Below, in pieces: positions 12,754 to 25,485 of a stretch of DNA of 64,000 bases; positions within the stretch are counted from its first letter, which is position 1; every line of letters begins with the position of its first letter. The position numbers were made by a program, and so were the translations under genes. The stretch comes from Squalus acanthias (Eukaryota). Location of the stretch: positions 128,528,001 to 128,592,000 of the forward strand of contig CM059432.1 of the NCBI GenBank assembly GCA_030390025.1, written 5' to 3'. Below the pieces are notes generated by a model, which saw only the letters and a list, made by a program, of their open reading frames with translations, made no database searches and was not told the origin of the DNA.

Positions 12754-14646
12754 TCAGCTGCTATTGTTACACCTAATGTTACATGACATTTAATATTGAA
12801 AACACCCATTTAATTAGCACCTACAGGCGTAACAAGTATTGTATGGGATTTGCCGATTGATTTTAATATTTAATGGATTTAATATTCGGGGCACAAAATG
12901 TATGTGTAATTACATCATGGGATACTAGCATATGAGTATTTAACGTGTTTGTCTTAACATTTTCTGCAATTTTAGGCATTAACCAATATAATATAATTGT
13001 TTAGAACTTTGCAGCAGGAAATGATCATATTTTAGTCAGATCCCATGCCTCTCCAGTGAAAAGCAAAATATAATAATATTTATAAATATTATATAGTGGT
13101 TAATTTTTTTTAAGGATAGATATTGCAACAGGCCAACAGAGAAACAGTCGTGAAATAAATTCTGGAGACAAACTTTGAAGTCAAAATTGTATTCTAAGGA
13201 AGTTAAACTGATTTTATTAAGGTAACATCCTGTCACTGTAAAATAGAGTTGAAATTAATAAGAGGCATGAGCTACAATACATTATATGTAGAATAACAGG
13301 ATGATGTGTATCTGGACTCAAGTTGATTTGCTTCAATTATGTACAGAAGTGGCAAAGCCAGACGAGCCTCAATATAACACAGGACGCCATACACATTTCT
13401 CATCCTTTATCAGTACATTTGTCAGTACATTTGCAAGTGCTTTTTTTTTTTGCATTTTCATTTCTTGAAATCCATGTCTTCAGGCTGCCTAATTGCATTA
13501 ACAAGATGATGATCAGAAAAATAAGTAAATAATGGCCATGAGTAAAACGTGACCAGATTGGAGAATAACATTTACATAACTTTCTGCACATTCTGATAAG
13601 CTGCTGTGCAACTTATATTGCTGTTCATAAATGATGCAAGGCAAAGTGCCCAGTATATGTTACATTATTTTGTCCAGTTCTTTAAGGGTGTTTTCATCTT
13701 GCATCTTTAGCATCACTACCAAGCCGTTTTCACTTTGCAACAATGCTAAATCTGCACAATATATTTCCAGAGTCAGTGGCTGATCTGACTCTGGAGCCCA
13801 ATGGTGTGAGACCTGGGAGAAGACAGTCTTGCACCAGTTGGGTTTGACACCATATGTGGTGTAACTTCAGTGCGCCGTTAAAAGCTTGATTTTAAAAAGT
13901 TGCTTGGGTTCTTTGGATCTCACAGTCGGAATCTGGGAGCTGCAGTATTTGATTCAGCCAGGAAGCACCTTGTTTGTACGGCCTGGCTTCAACAGGAATT
14001 CTGCCCAGGAAAGAGCTTTGTGCATGCATGCTTACAAGTATTCCTGGCTGCTGGTCTTAACTAATCCAGTGGTTCAGATAACACCATCAGATAGCTTCTA
14101 TACTAATGCACTTTATGAGATGCAGTGAGTTAAATAAAAATGTGTGCGTTATTGCATAAATAAGCATTGAATTCCACAGCAGATACGATCTTGGTGATTG
14201 TTCCCGTCATACATATTGGAATGTTCTTCTAACCAAGCTTCGCTACGGAATGAGCATAAAGCGAAATACCCCTGCTTTTTCCACAACAAAACTCAACACT
14301 ATTTTCATTTGTAAGTCATACCAATTTGGATTTAAAACACAGAATACATATATATTTATTATACACACACTCTACTGCAATGTGGCACTAGTTCTAAGCA
14401 CAAACACTAAATATTAAGCAAGTTGATCAAAGAATAAGATCTTAACCCCAGTGCTTTAATTAGTTTAGAAATCGTATATTGCTTACTAATGGTATTTGCA
14501 GGCTTCAGCACAGAGGGGAATCTTTTATATTTCAGCTATTGACTTCCGCAGGTATTAATTCCTGCTCATTCAGCATGCCATTTGATTTGTATAATTTAAG
14601 TAATGCTTGTATTAACATAAAATAATCCAAACTTTCTTTATGATAG

Positions 14647-14783
14647 AAGCAGCGTTGCATGGCTTGTTGGGCGCGTTGACAAGCACACCATACAGTCCCA
14701 CACAACATCTTGAGCGAGAGCAGGCTCTTGCCAAGCAGTTTGCTGAGATCCTTCACTTCACTCTACGATTTGATGAACTTAAG
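14647..14783 (+). CDS. CYRIB: CYRI-B coding exon: (E)[45 protein letters not shown]
   Basis: gatag acceptor, gtaag donor, 137 nt, phase consistent. Confidence 0.96.
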
Positions 14784-15400
14784 GTAAGCTAAAGTGATTG
14801 TGCAGTGGTATGCTGGCATTGCACACTGAAGCAATAATGTGTTCTGGAGTGGGTGGGCTCACTTTTGGTTTCTTTTATCTACTCTTTCATCCCTCCCCCG
14901 CCCCACGAAGGGGAGGGAAAAATCAGCAAGTTTCTATCACCTCTAAGTTGCTGGTCAAAGGACATCCAGAAGCAGAGACTCTGCTCTTGTTGGCAGATAT
15001 TTGTGATCTAGTAGAAGCTAAAATACATTGGGGAAGGAACAGATGGTGCATGCCCTTAATTGGAGAGTAGATATTCTCAACTTTCTGGCAGCTTAAAGTT
15101 AACATTGTACTAACTTTCTGCAGCTACTTAGACTCAGCTTGGGGCCAGTCTGAAATTTTTTTTTTTACACTGGAGCAAATTCATTGCTATTAAAGGAACA
15201 GGAAAACTTTTTTTTTAATTATATATGCTTTGAATAATCCAACTTTTGTGCAGCTCAACGTTGTTGCCACTATTTTGAAGTGTGTCTGGTTTGTGGTGGG
15301 TTGCAGAAACCTGTTATCCTAAGTATACCCAGGATAGCTGCTGTGCTCCATTTGTCCTCGTGTGGAGCAGCAAGATCAGATACAAACTAGAAAGTGTTGA

Positions 15401-15401
<1 letters not shown>

Positions 15402-15446
<45 letters not shown>
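15402..15446. repeat. (TG)22 microsatellite
   Basis: Direct reading. Confidence 0.98.
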
Positions 15447-15448
<2 letters not shown>

Positions 15449-15890
15449 ACCATCAAAACTGGAGAAATGTAAACACGTGGAGGGAGGGACAAAGGAGGAG
15501 GAAATCTTTTGAATGCTATTCAGTTAATGGAATTTTATAGTATAATGCAGATACTATAAAGTGCATTTATTTTCCATAATTCCACAGTGGTATTTTGCAA
15601 AGCATTCGTCATATCAACCAAGCATTTCCAATGATTTTATTGGGCATAAAAGATACTTAACATAAGTTCTTGAAATCATAAGGCACAAATGTGATCAAAT
15701 TAATACTTGTTCTGTATGAAATATTTTCTTCCTTAATGCTGACTGTGACCATTCACTACTTAGACAATCATGGAAATAACAATCTCATTTCGTTGGAGAC
15801 ATTCGGTAATGTCTCTTGTATTACTTTTGCACCTTACACTTTTTATTGAATTTTTAAAAAACCGCAAAGCTCATTTCATTTATTCTGCAG

Positions 15891-15968
15891 ATGACAAATC
15901 CTGCTATACAGAATGACTTCAGCTACTACAGGAGAACTTTAAGTCGTATGAGGATCAATAATGTTCCA
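15891..15968 (+). CDS. CYRIB: CYRI-B coding exon: [26 protein letters not shown] (Rac1-binding P150, R160/R161)
   Basis: ttctgcag acceptor, gtaagt donor, 78 nt. Confidence 0.96.
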
Positions 15969-16329
15969 GTAAGTCAATTATTATTCCCCCTATGAAGTCC
16001 ACTCTTATTTGGTCATTGTTTAAATTATTTATACTTTGAAGAATGGAAATAGCTCAGAATGTGGTCTGAAAATGAACTCAATATTTTGCTATTATGTTAT
16101 AATTTACTGAAATGGCAAGTTGATGTGTTCTACCAAGGGAACGTTTTAATTTTTGTCACATCTATGCGTTGATTGACAGTTTTGCAAATGGTAACATTAC
16201 TTTCTCTGTCAACTTGGTATCTAATTAGTACCCATTTGAATTTAGATGCTTTTTTTTTAAAAGGCCAGGTTGGGACCTGTGTATGTTGAGAATTGTGCTA
16301 ACATTACAACTTAAAATGCAAAAAATACT

Positions 16330-16575
16330 CCTCCTTTGGTGGCTATGCCTTCAGCTGCCTGGGCCCAAAGCTCTGGAATTCCCTCCCGAAACCTCTTGGC
16401 TTCTCTAACTCTCTCTCCTCCTTTAAGACGCTCTTTAAAATCTACCTCTTTGACCAAGCTTTGGTCAAATATCTCCTTATGTGGCTCATGTTTGTTTTGT
16501 TTGCTAACACTCCTGCGAAGTGCCTTGGGACGTTTAACTACGTTAAAGGTGCTATATAAATGCAAGTGGTTGCAA
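16330..16575 (+). mobile_element. L2 LINE 3' end fragment
   Basis: gggcccaaagctctggaattccctccc and ...gctatataaatgcaagtggttg tail. Confidence 0.85.
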
Positions 16576-16769
16576 ACAAAATGTAAAACTCTCTGGGGGT
16601 TGCGCTGTATGATGGTACAGTACAGTGTCATGCTCAACCTGCATGATTATTTAATCAAAAAGCCATTGTTCATTAGTACCATCCTTCTGAGGCTCTCTAT
16701 TAAATGATGCAATCCTATGTGGCAAAACTACATATTCTATCTGTTTAAGCACACAGTTATCAACCAATT

Positions 16770-19700
16770 TGCTACTATGGCCTTTGCCCTTATCCCACAG
16801 GTATGAGGTTCTTGCTGCCTGTTTGGATGAGGGCAGAGTCTGCAGGGTGGATAAGCAAACTGACCGTGGTACAGGAGGCCATTCAAGTGGGGGGAGTGAA
16901 AAGGAATGTTGTAGTGTTAGGGGACAGTATAATCATACTGTTCTCTGCAGCCGCGACCGGGAGTTCCGAAGGCTGTGTTGCCTGCCGGTGCTAGCATTAA
17001 GGATATCGCCTTGCGGCTGGAGAAGAATTTGGAGTGGGTGGGGAAGGATCCAGTTGTTGTGGTCCACGTAGGAACCAACGACATAGGTAGAACTAGGAAT
17101 GAGGTTCTGCTGAGAGAGTTTGAAGAGCTAGGGTCCAAATTAAAATGCAGAACCTCAAAGATAATCTCTGAATTGTTATCTGAGCCATGCGCAAATTGGC
17201 ATAGGGACAAGCAGATCAGTGAGTTAAATGCGTGGTTCAAAGAGTGGTGTGGGAGGAAGGGGTTTCAATTCATGGGGCCCTAGCACCACGACTGGGGAAA
17301 GAGGGAGCTGTTCCATTGGGACGGTCTCCACTTAAACTGGGCTGGGACCAGTGTCCTGGCAAATCGAATAGATAAGGCTATAAACTAAAAAGGGTAGGGA
17401 GGGGTCAGGTGAGGGGAAATTTAAAAATCTAAAGAGAAACGTCAAGGCAATGGAGTAGCGATTTGGGTAAAGATAAGCAGAGTGTGACAGGAAGGGACAG
17501 AGAGTTTAACAGTAATCGTGCATCAGCGAATAAGGTGAAAGCAGGGAATAATGGTAAATAGTTAAAATTAGAGGCTCTTTATCTGAATGCACGAAGCATT
17601 TGTAGCAAGATATATGAATTAGTGGCACAAATAGAGATAAATGGGTTTGATCTAATAGCCATTACAGAGATGTGGTTGCAAGATAACCCAAGTTGGAAAC
17701 TAAATATTCCAGGGTACTTGACATTTCAAAAAGCCAGGCAGAATGGAAAAGGAGGGGGAGTAGCCCTGATAATAAAGGATGACATAAGGACAGTAGTGAG
17801 AAAGGATCTTGGCTCGGAAGATCAGGAAGTAGAATCAGTATGGGTGTAGATAAGAAAAAACAAGGGGCAGAAAACACTGGTGGGAGTAGTTTATAGGCCC
17901 CCTAACAGTAGCTATACCGTTGGGCAGAGTATTAATCAGCAAATAATAGGAGCTTGTAACAAAAGTAATGCAATAATTGTGAGGGACTTTAATCTTCATA
18001 TAGACCGGATAAATCAAATTGGCAAAGGTAGTCTGGAGGACGACTTCAGGGCATGCATTCGAGACAGTTTCCTAGAACAAAACGTCATGGAACCAACCAG
18101 GCAACAAACTATTTTAGATCTTGTATTGTGTAATAAGGCAGTGTTAATTAGTAATCTCATAGTAAAGGATCCTCTAGGGAAGAGTGAGCATAATATGATA
18201 AGTATTTCACTCTCAAACCCAATGTGAAATTCTAAGTCCGAAACTAGAGTCTTAAACTTAAAGCCAGTTACATAGGTATGAGGGGCGAGTTGGCTAAGGT
18301 AGATTGAGAAATTAGATTAAAAGGTATGATGGTAGATAAGCAGTGGCAAACATTTAAAGAAATAGTCCAAAATTCTCAATGAATATACATTCCATTGAGA
18401 AATAAAAACTCCATGGGAAAAGTGATCCATCCGTGGCTAACTAACGAAGTTAAGGATAGTATTAGATTAAAAGAAGAGGCTTCTAATGTTGCGAAGAATA
18501 GTAGTAAGCCTGAGGATTGGGAGAGCTTTAGAAACCAGCAAAGGATGACCAAAAAATTGATGATAATGAAGAAAATAGAATGAGAGTAAACTAGCAAGAA
18601 ATATAAAAACAGATTGTAAGAGCTTCGACAAGTATTTAAAAAGGAAGAGAGTAGCAAAAGTAAGCGTTAGTCCCTCGGAGGCTGAGACAGGAGAAATTGT
18701 AATGGAGAATAGGAAATGGCAGAGACTTTAAATAAATATTTTATATCTGTCTTCACAGTAGAAGACACAAAAAGCATACCAAAAATAATGGGGAACTAAA
18801 GGGCTAATGAGAGTGAGGAACTTAAAGTCATTAAGATCAGTAGAGAAAATGTACTTGAGAAACTAATGGGACTAAAAGCTGACAAATCTCCTGGACCTGA
18901 TGGCCTACAGCATAGGGTTCTAAAACAGGTGGCAGCAGAGATAGTGGATGCATTGGTTGTGATCTTCCAAAATTCTCTAGATTCTAGAACGGTCCCAGCA
19001 GAATGGAAGGTAACAAATGTAACCTCGCTATTCAATAAACGAGGGAGAGAGAAAGCAGGGAACTACAGGCCAGTTAGCCTGACATCAGTTGTCGGAAAAA
19101 TGCTGAAATCCATTATTAGGGAAGTGGTAACTGGGCATTTAGAAAATTATAATATGATTATGTAGAGTCAATGTGGTTTTATGAAAGGGAAATCCTGTTT
19201 GACAGACTTATTAGAGTTTTTTGAGGATGTAACTAGCAGGGTAGATAAAGGGGAGCCAGTGGACGTAGTATATTTGTATTTCCAAAAGGCATTCGATAAA
19301 GTGCCACATGAAAGATAAGGGCTCATGGGGTTGGGGGTAATATATTAGCATGGATAGAGGATTGATTAATGGACAGAAAGCAGAGAGTAGGGAAAAATGG
19401 GTCATTTTCAGGTTGGCCGGCTGTAACTAGTGGGGTGCCACAAGGATCAGTGCTTGGGCCTCAGCTGCTTACAATTGATATTAATGACTTTGATGAAGGG
19501 ACTGAATGTAATGTATCCAAGTTTGCTGACGATACAAAGCTAGGTGGGAATATAAGCTGTGAGGAGAACACAAAGAGACTGCAAAGGGATATAGACAGGT
19601 TAAGTGAGTGGGCAATAAGGTGGCAGATGGAGTATAATGTGATGTTATTCACTTTGGTAGGAAAAGTAGAAAAACAGATTTTTTAAATGGTGAGAAACTA

Positions 19701-19794
19701 TTAAATGTTGGTGGTCAGAGAGATTTAGGTGTCCACGTACAGGAAACACAGAGTTAGGATGCAGGTACAGCAAGCAATTAGGAAGACAAATGGC
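16770..19794 (+). mobile_element. CR1 element A, 5' part: ORF1 SGNH esterase, APE endonuclease and RT, degenerate
   Basis: VVLGDSII, VHVGTNDIG and DGLHLN esterase motifs; LIAITEMWL and GVVYRPPN endonuclease motifs; KSPGPDG, GVPQGSVLGP, KFADDTK RT motifs; many stops and frameshifts. Confidence 0.93.
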
Positions 19795-20200
19795 AAAAGG
19801 ACAGGGAGCAATCTAGAGTAAAAATACTTAATTGGAGGAAGGCCAATTTCAGTGGGTTGAGAATGGATTTGGCCCAGGTAAATTGGAATCAAAGATTGGC
19901 AGGCAAAACTGTAATTGAGCAATGGGCTGCCTTTAAAGAGGAGATGGTTCAGGTACAGTCGAGGTACATTCCTACGAGGGGGAAAGGTAGGGCAACCAAA
20001 GCTAGAGCTTCCTGGATGACGAAAGCGATGGAGAGTAAGATGAAGCAGAAAAAGGGGGCATATGACAGATGTCAGGTTGAGAATACAAGTGAGAACCAGG
20101 ATGAATATAGAAAGTTCAGAGGGGAAGTGAAAAAGAAAATAAGAGAGGCAAAGAGAGAGTATGAGAATAGATTGGCAGCTAACATAAAAGGGAATCCAAA

Positions 20201-21002
20201 AGTGATTAAGAAGGCCAATGGAATGTTGGCTGTCATTGCTAGGGGGATAGAATATAAAAATAGGGAGGTATTGCTTCAGTTGTACAAGGTATTGGTGAGA
20301 CCGCACCTGGAATACTGCATACAGTTTTGGTGTCCATACTTAAGAAAAGACATACTTGCTCTCGAGTCAGTACAAAGAAGGTTCACTCGGTTAATCCCGG
20401 GGATGAGGGGATGGACATATGAGGAGAGGTTGGGTAGATTGGGACTCTACTCATTGGAGTTCAGAAGAATGAGAGGCGATCTTATTGAAACATATAAGAT
20501 TGTGAAGGGGTTGGATCGGGTGGATGCGGGGAGGATGTTCCCGATGATGGGTGAAACTAGAACTAGGGGGCATAGTCTTAGAATAAGGGGCTGCTCTTTC
20601 AAAACTGAGATGAGAAGGAACTACTTCACTCAGAGGGTGGTAGGTCCATGGAATATGCTGCCCCAAAAAGCTGTAGAAGCTACATCATTACATAAATTTA
20701 AAACAGAAATAGACAGTTTCCTAGAAGTAAAGGGCATTAAGGGTTACGGGGAGCGAGCAGGAATTTGGACGTGAGTCTAGGTTCGGATCGGTCATGGCCC
20801 TGTGGGTAGCGTAGCGGGCCCAGGGGCCGTGTAGCCTGATCCTGCTCCTATTTCGTGTGTCCAATTCTGTTAGGTTCAGGAGATGGTTCTGTGATAGTAG
20901 ATTGGCGGTTAGGATCAGATCAGCCATGATCTTATTGAATGGCGGAGCAGGCTCGAGGGGCCAATTGGCCTACTCCTGCTCCTATTTCTTATGTTCTTAT
21001 GT
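20201..21002 (+). mobile_element. CR1 3' end C (20201-~20860) plus short CR1 3' UTR D (~20905-21002) inside element B
   Basis: VIKKANGML...GYGERAGIWT* with its own 3' UTR, then a second UTR ending in ttcttatgttcttatgt. Confidence 0.85.
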
Positions 21003-21407
21003 TTATCGGACTGGAGGAAGGTATACAGTGGTGTTCCCCAGAGGTCGGTACTAGGACCACTGCTTTTCTTGATATATATTAATGACTTAGACTTGGGTGT
21101 ACAGGGCACAATTTCAAAATTTGTGGATGACACTTGGAAGTATAGTGAATAGTGAGGAGGATAGTGATAGACTTCAAAAGGACATAGACAGGCTGGTGGA
21201 ATGGGTGGACACGTGGCAGATGAAATTTAATGCAGAAAAGTGCAAAGTGATACATTTTGGTAGGAAGAACGAAGAGAGGCAATATAAACTAAAGGGTACA
21301 ATTCTAACGGTGGTGCATGAACAGAGAGACCTGGGGGTATATGTGCACAAATTGTTGAAGGTGGCAGGGCAGGTTGAGAGAGCCTGGGTTTCATAAATAG
21401 AGGCATA

Positions 21408-22099
21408 GGGCTGGATTTTGATACTGGGGCGGGTTGGGGTCGTGTCATCCACTTTTCGTGTTATCCACCCGACTGCAATTGGATGTGGGAGATTGATGCA
21501 ATTTTCACCTAATTGGGCAATTGAGTTCCAGCATGTGGGAACTCATGAACCAATTAGTGTTTTCAGTCTGAAAGTCACCTCTGATGAGGTCATCATTGCT
21601 GCTGCATTGAAGCTCTTCAAAGACTGCCTGGCCTTTGCTGTGAGAGGACCTGGATGCAAAATGAGCAGCAGCAGCCCTAAGTCTGCTCCCAGATATTTTT
21701 ACACCACCACTCCCAGATATGACTCCTCCCCACCCATCCATATATGCATCCATCCACATATCCATCCACATATGCATCCCCATAGCCAGCCGGCCAGCGC
21801 TATCCAAATGTGCTCCCGCCAGGTTTCACATTCGTGGTTCAGAACAGGTGTGCTTCACGTAGAAAAAGGGTTAAAATCACAAAAGCCTTTCAAAATGGCA
21901 TAGAGGCAATTTAGTGCTTGTTAAGGGCCTTAACAGCCTATCCCGCCTCTAAGAGGCGGGACGGAGGCGGGACCAGCAGACACGATTTAATGAAAATTGC
22001 ATGGAATCGGGCTTCTGCCTGCCCACCCGCCAGTTTTCGCAATTTTAACCCCCCACACGTCTCCAAACCCACCTCCACGGGTCAATGAAAATCCAGCCC
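21408..22099. mobile_element. Harbinger-type MITE nested in CR1 element B
   Basis: Perfect 12-bp TIR gggctggatttt / aaaatccagccc; splits CR1 ...AGAGGCATA|GAGTACAAAAGC with 3 extra nt. Confidence 0.88.
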
Positions 22100-22708
22100 T
22101 AAGAGTACAAAAGCAAGGAAGTTATGATGAACCTTTATAAAACACTGGTTCAACCTCAACTGGAGTATTGTGTCCAGTTCTGGCCACCGCACTTTAGGAA
22201 GGATGTGAAGGTCTTAGAGAGGGTGCAGAAAAGATTTACAAGAATGGTTCCAGGAATGAGGGACTTCAGTTACGTGGATAGATTGGAGAAGCTGGGGTTG
22301 TTCTTCTTAGAGCAGAGAAGGTTGAGAGGAGATTTGATAGAGGTGCTCAAAATCATGAGGGGTCGAGACAGAGTAGATAGAGAGAAACTGTTCCCATTAG
22401 TGGAAGGGTCGAGTACCAGAGGACACAGATTTAAGGTGATTGGCAGAAGAACCAAAGGCGACATGAGGAAAAACTTTTTTACGCAGCGAGTGGTTAGGAT
22501 CTGGAATGCACTGCCTGAAAGGGTGATGGAGGCAGATTCAATCGTGGCTTTCAAAAGGGAATTGGATAAGTACCTGAAAGAAAAAAAAATTCAGGGCTAC
22601 GGGGAAAGGGCGGGGGAGTGGGACTAGCTGAAGTGCTCTTGCAGAGAGTTGGCACAGGCTCGACGAGCCGAATGGCCGCCTCCTGTGCTGTAACCATTCT
22701 GTGATTCT

Positions 22709-23351
22709 ATGTTGGCCTTTATTGCAAGGGGGTTAGAGTACAAGAGTAAGGAAGTCTTGGTATAATTGTACAGGGCTTTGGTGAGATCGCACCTGGAGTA
22801 CTGTGCAGAGTTTTGGTCTCCTTATCTGAGGAAGGAAATACTTTCCTTGGAGGCAGTGCAATGTACGTTCACTAGATTGATTCCTGGGATGAGAGGGTTG
22901 TCTTATGAGGAGAGACTGAGTAAATTGGGCCTATACTGTCTGGGGTTTAGAAGAATGAAAGGTAATCTCATTGAAACATATAAGATTCTGAGGGGGATTT
23001 GCAGGGTAGATGCTGAGAGGTTGTTTCCCCTGGCTAGAGAATTGAGAACTAGGGGGGATAGTCTCAGGATAAGGGGTTAGCCATTTAAGACTGAGATGAG
23101 GAGGAATTTCTTCACTCAGAGGGTTGTGAAACTTTGGAATTCTCTACCCGAAAGGGCTGTGGATGCTGAGTCTTTGAGTATATTCAAGGCTGATATAGAT
23201 AGATTTTTGGACTGTAGGGGAATCAAGGGAAATGGGGATAGGGCGGGAAATTGGAGTTGAGCTCGAAGATCAGCCATGATCTTATTGAACGGCGGAGCAG
23301 GCTCGAGGGGCTGAATGGCCTACTCCTGCTCCTGATTCTTATGTTCTTATG
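22709..23351 (+). mobile_element. CR1 element A, 3' part
   Basis: Starts ATGTTGGCCTTT (MLAF), directly continuing ...AAATGGC at 19794; ends in ttcttatg tail. Confidence 0.9.
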
Positions 23352-23442
23352 AGTGGGACTAAATGGATTGCTCTTCGAAAGAGCTGGCGCAGACTCGATG
23401 GGCCAAATGTCCTCCTTCTGTGCTGTATTATTCTGTGATTCT
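23352..23442 (+). mobile_element. Short CR1 3' terminal fragment (B-like tail)
   Basis: gactcgatgggccaaatg...attctgtgattct. Confidence 0.7.
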
Positions 23443-24124
23443 CTCCTGGCTAAATGTGGTTCTGTCCCTGTTTCACCTGAAGTGGTTTACATCATTCAGA
23501 CCAATATTCACAATTGTATTTGTCATTCTGACAGATTTAGGACATGCACATCATGCTTGCTTTCACTTATTATATGGCCTTTATTTCCAAGAACAGTGCA
23601 CATGCACCCTAGCACACACATTAATAATTTTTTGAATCTAGTTGGCATGATTATCATCTTTCAACTGGATAAAGGCAGACTGGCTCGAATAAAACAGACA
23701 TTGTGCCTGTGTCTTAGTAACAATTTTAGGACACCTCAGATTTGGGAAATGGGTATATTTACTCTTTACGTCTTTACTTTGAATTGATTAGTCCTAGCAT
23801 TTTTAAGGAGAAATGCCACTTAACAAAACCACATTTCAGAATTTATTTTTAGATTACTCAAGTGGTCTCAGTGAGCACGGCCTTAAAGGGTGATCTCTTT
23901 AGATAGGAGCCAGGTGCACAAATTTGTATAAATTCTGTAAATGGAGGAGGTTTAGAGGATAATAAATGTTGCATTACAATTGTGTGTTTCTTGTGTTTTA
24001 GAACAAAACTTTGCAAGCGATACATCATTGGTACTTTCACGCAAAACTCAGCTTGTAGCGTAACGAGGATTAAGAACTAATATTGCTGAAATGTTAATAT
24101 CAGATTCCTGTTCTTTGTAAATAG

Positions 24125-24241
24125 GCAGAAGGAGAAAATGAAGTAAATAATGAATTGGCCAATAGAATGTCCCTGTTTTATGCTGAAGCAACTCCAATGC
24201 TGAAAACCTTGAGTGATGCCACAACAAAATTTGTTTCTGAT
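24125..24241 (+). CDS. CYRIB: CYRI-B coding exon: [39 protein letters not shown]
   Basis: aatag acceptor, gtaagt donor, 117 nt. Confidence 0.96.
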
Positions 24242-24459
24242 GTAAGTATAATGATGCACCCTGATTTGCCCACTGTCCAAGTAAAGAATAAGGCTTTCTG
24301 ATCTATGTTCTATCCATTGCCTGAAAGACTGAATTTCATTAAATTACATTCTGTACTTTATAGGATTTCACAAATATGAAGTTTAAACCTAGTTCAGTGT
24401 AGTAATGTATTGATACAAATGACCAATAATGCTTCTCCCCCTCTTTATCCCTTTTGTAG

Positions 24460-24539
24460 AACAAGTCTCTACCCATAGAAAACACCACTGACTGCTTAAG
24501 CACTATGGCAAGTGTATGCAGAGTTATGCTGGAGACACC
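24460..24539 (+). CDS. CYRIB: CYRI-B coding exon: NKSLPIENTTDCLSTMASVCRVMLET(P)
   Basis: polypyrimidine tract + tgtag acceptor, gtgagt donor, 80 nt. Confidence 0.96.
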
Positions 24540-24603
24540 GTGAGTAGGACATAATGTTTCTTATTGGTAGTTGTTTCAGAGGAGTAAAGTATTAAAGATA
24601 TAT

Positions 24604-25327
24604 GGCCAAATCTTGCTGGAGTGGGGCATCTTGTGGCATGTGGCATTAGTTAGACTTTTTCCTGCACCCTTCAGCTCGAATATACTTTGCGCTGTAATTT
24701 GCTGGAAGTGCGAGCTGATAACAGCGCGGCGAGGGCAACGGGGCACCTGGGACCTCAGCGAACGGCGGGACCAGCAGTGTATCTCCTTAATCAGAGATTT
24801 AAGGATTGAGAAAGAAACCGAGAAAGAGGAGGGTAAATTAGAGCTAAATCAGGTATAGAAAGAGAAATAAACAGGGAAAGAAAGATAGGATTAAGAGAGA
24901 GAAAGGACAAGAAAGAAAAGAAATTACATTTGAATTTTTTTAAATCTCTAACAACAATTTATTACATGCAGGAAAGAGTCTCAACAGTTTAAATTGTTCC
25001 CTTTCTGAGCCGGAGAGATTGACTGGCAGTCACTAACAATTATCACGTCATTAAAAGGGTACTTACGGTGTTAATTATGAGCCCTAACTTTCTGTGGTGA
25101 GTTTAATGGGCAATTGATGTGTAAATCCAGCAAATTCTTAAAAATAACGGGGAGGCTAAGGATGAGATGCCATTTGTACGAGGCAAATGGTAGAGTTTGT
25201 AAATCGACCAGCAAATTTTGGAGATTTGCAATTCACAGCGTATCTCCTGAATTTGCTGGCCGATTTGCGTAGTAATAACGGCGTGCATAGTTAACACGGT
25301 GTTATTTTTCCAGTAAGATTTGGGCCC
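24604..25327. mobile_element. MITE, probably Harbinger-type
   Basis: TIR ggccaaatcttgctgga / tccagtaagatttgggccc. Confidence 0.75.
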
Positions 25328-25359
25328 ATTATATCCATGTTTGAGGGATTCAATGTAGG

Positions 25360-25485
25360 AATGTTGCAAATCAGCTGCCGAATTTCCTACATTACAACAG
25401 TGACTACGCTTCAAAAGTACTTTATTAGCTGTAAAGCGCTTTGGGACGTCCTGAGGTCGTGAAAGGCGCTATGTAAATACAAGTC
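25360..25485 (+). mobile_element. DeuSINE 3' fragment
   Basis: Matches 40580-40700 (acattacaacagtgactac...gtaaagcgctttgggacgtcctgaggtcgtgaaaggcgctat). Confidence 0.85.

Larger units (their letters stand above)
19795..22708 (+). mobile_element. CR1 element B (second subfamily) inserted into A, itself interrupted
   Basis: EN-RT linker 19795-20200, RT 21003-21407 and 22100-22627, tail attctgtgattct ending ~22708. Confidence 0.85.
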
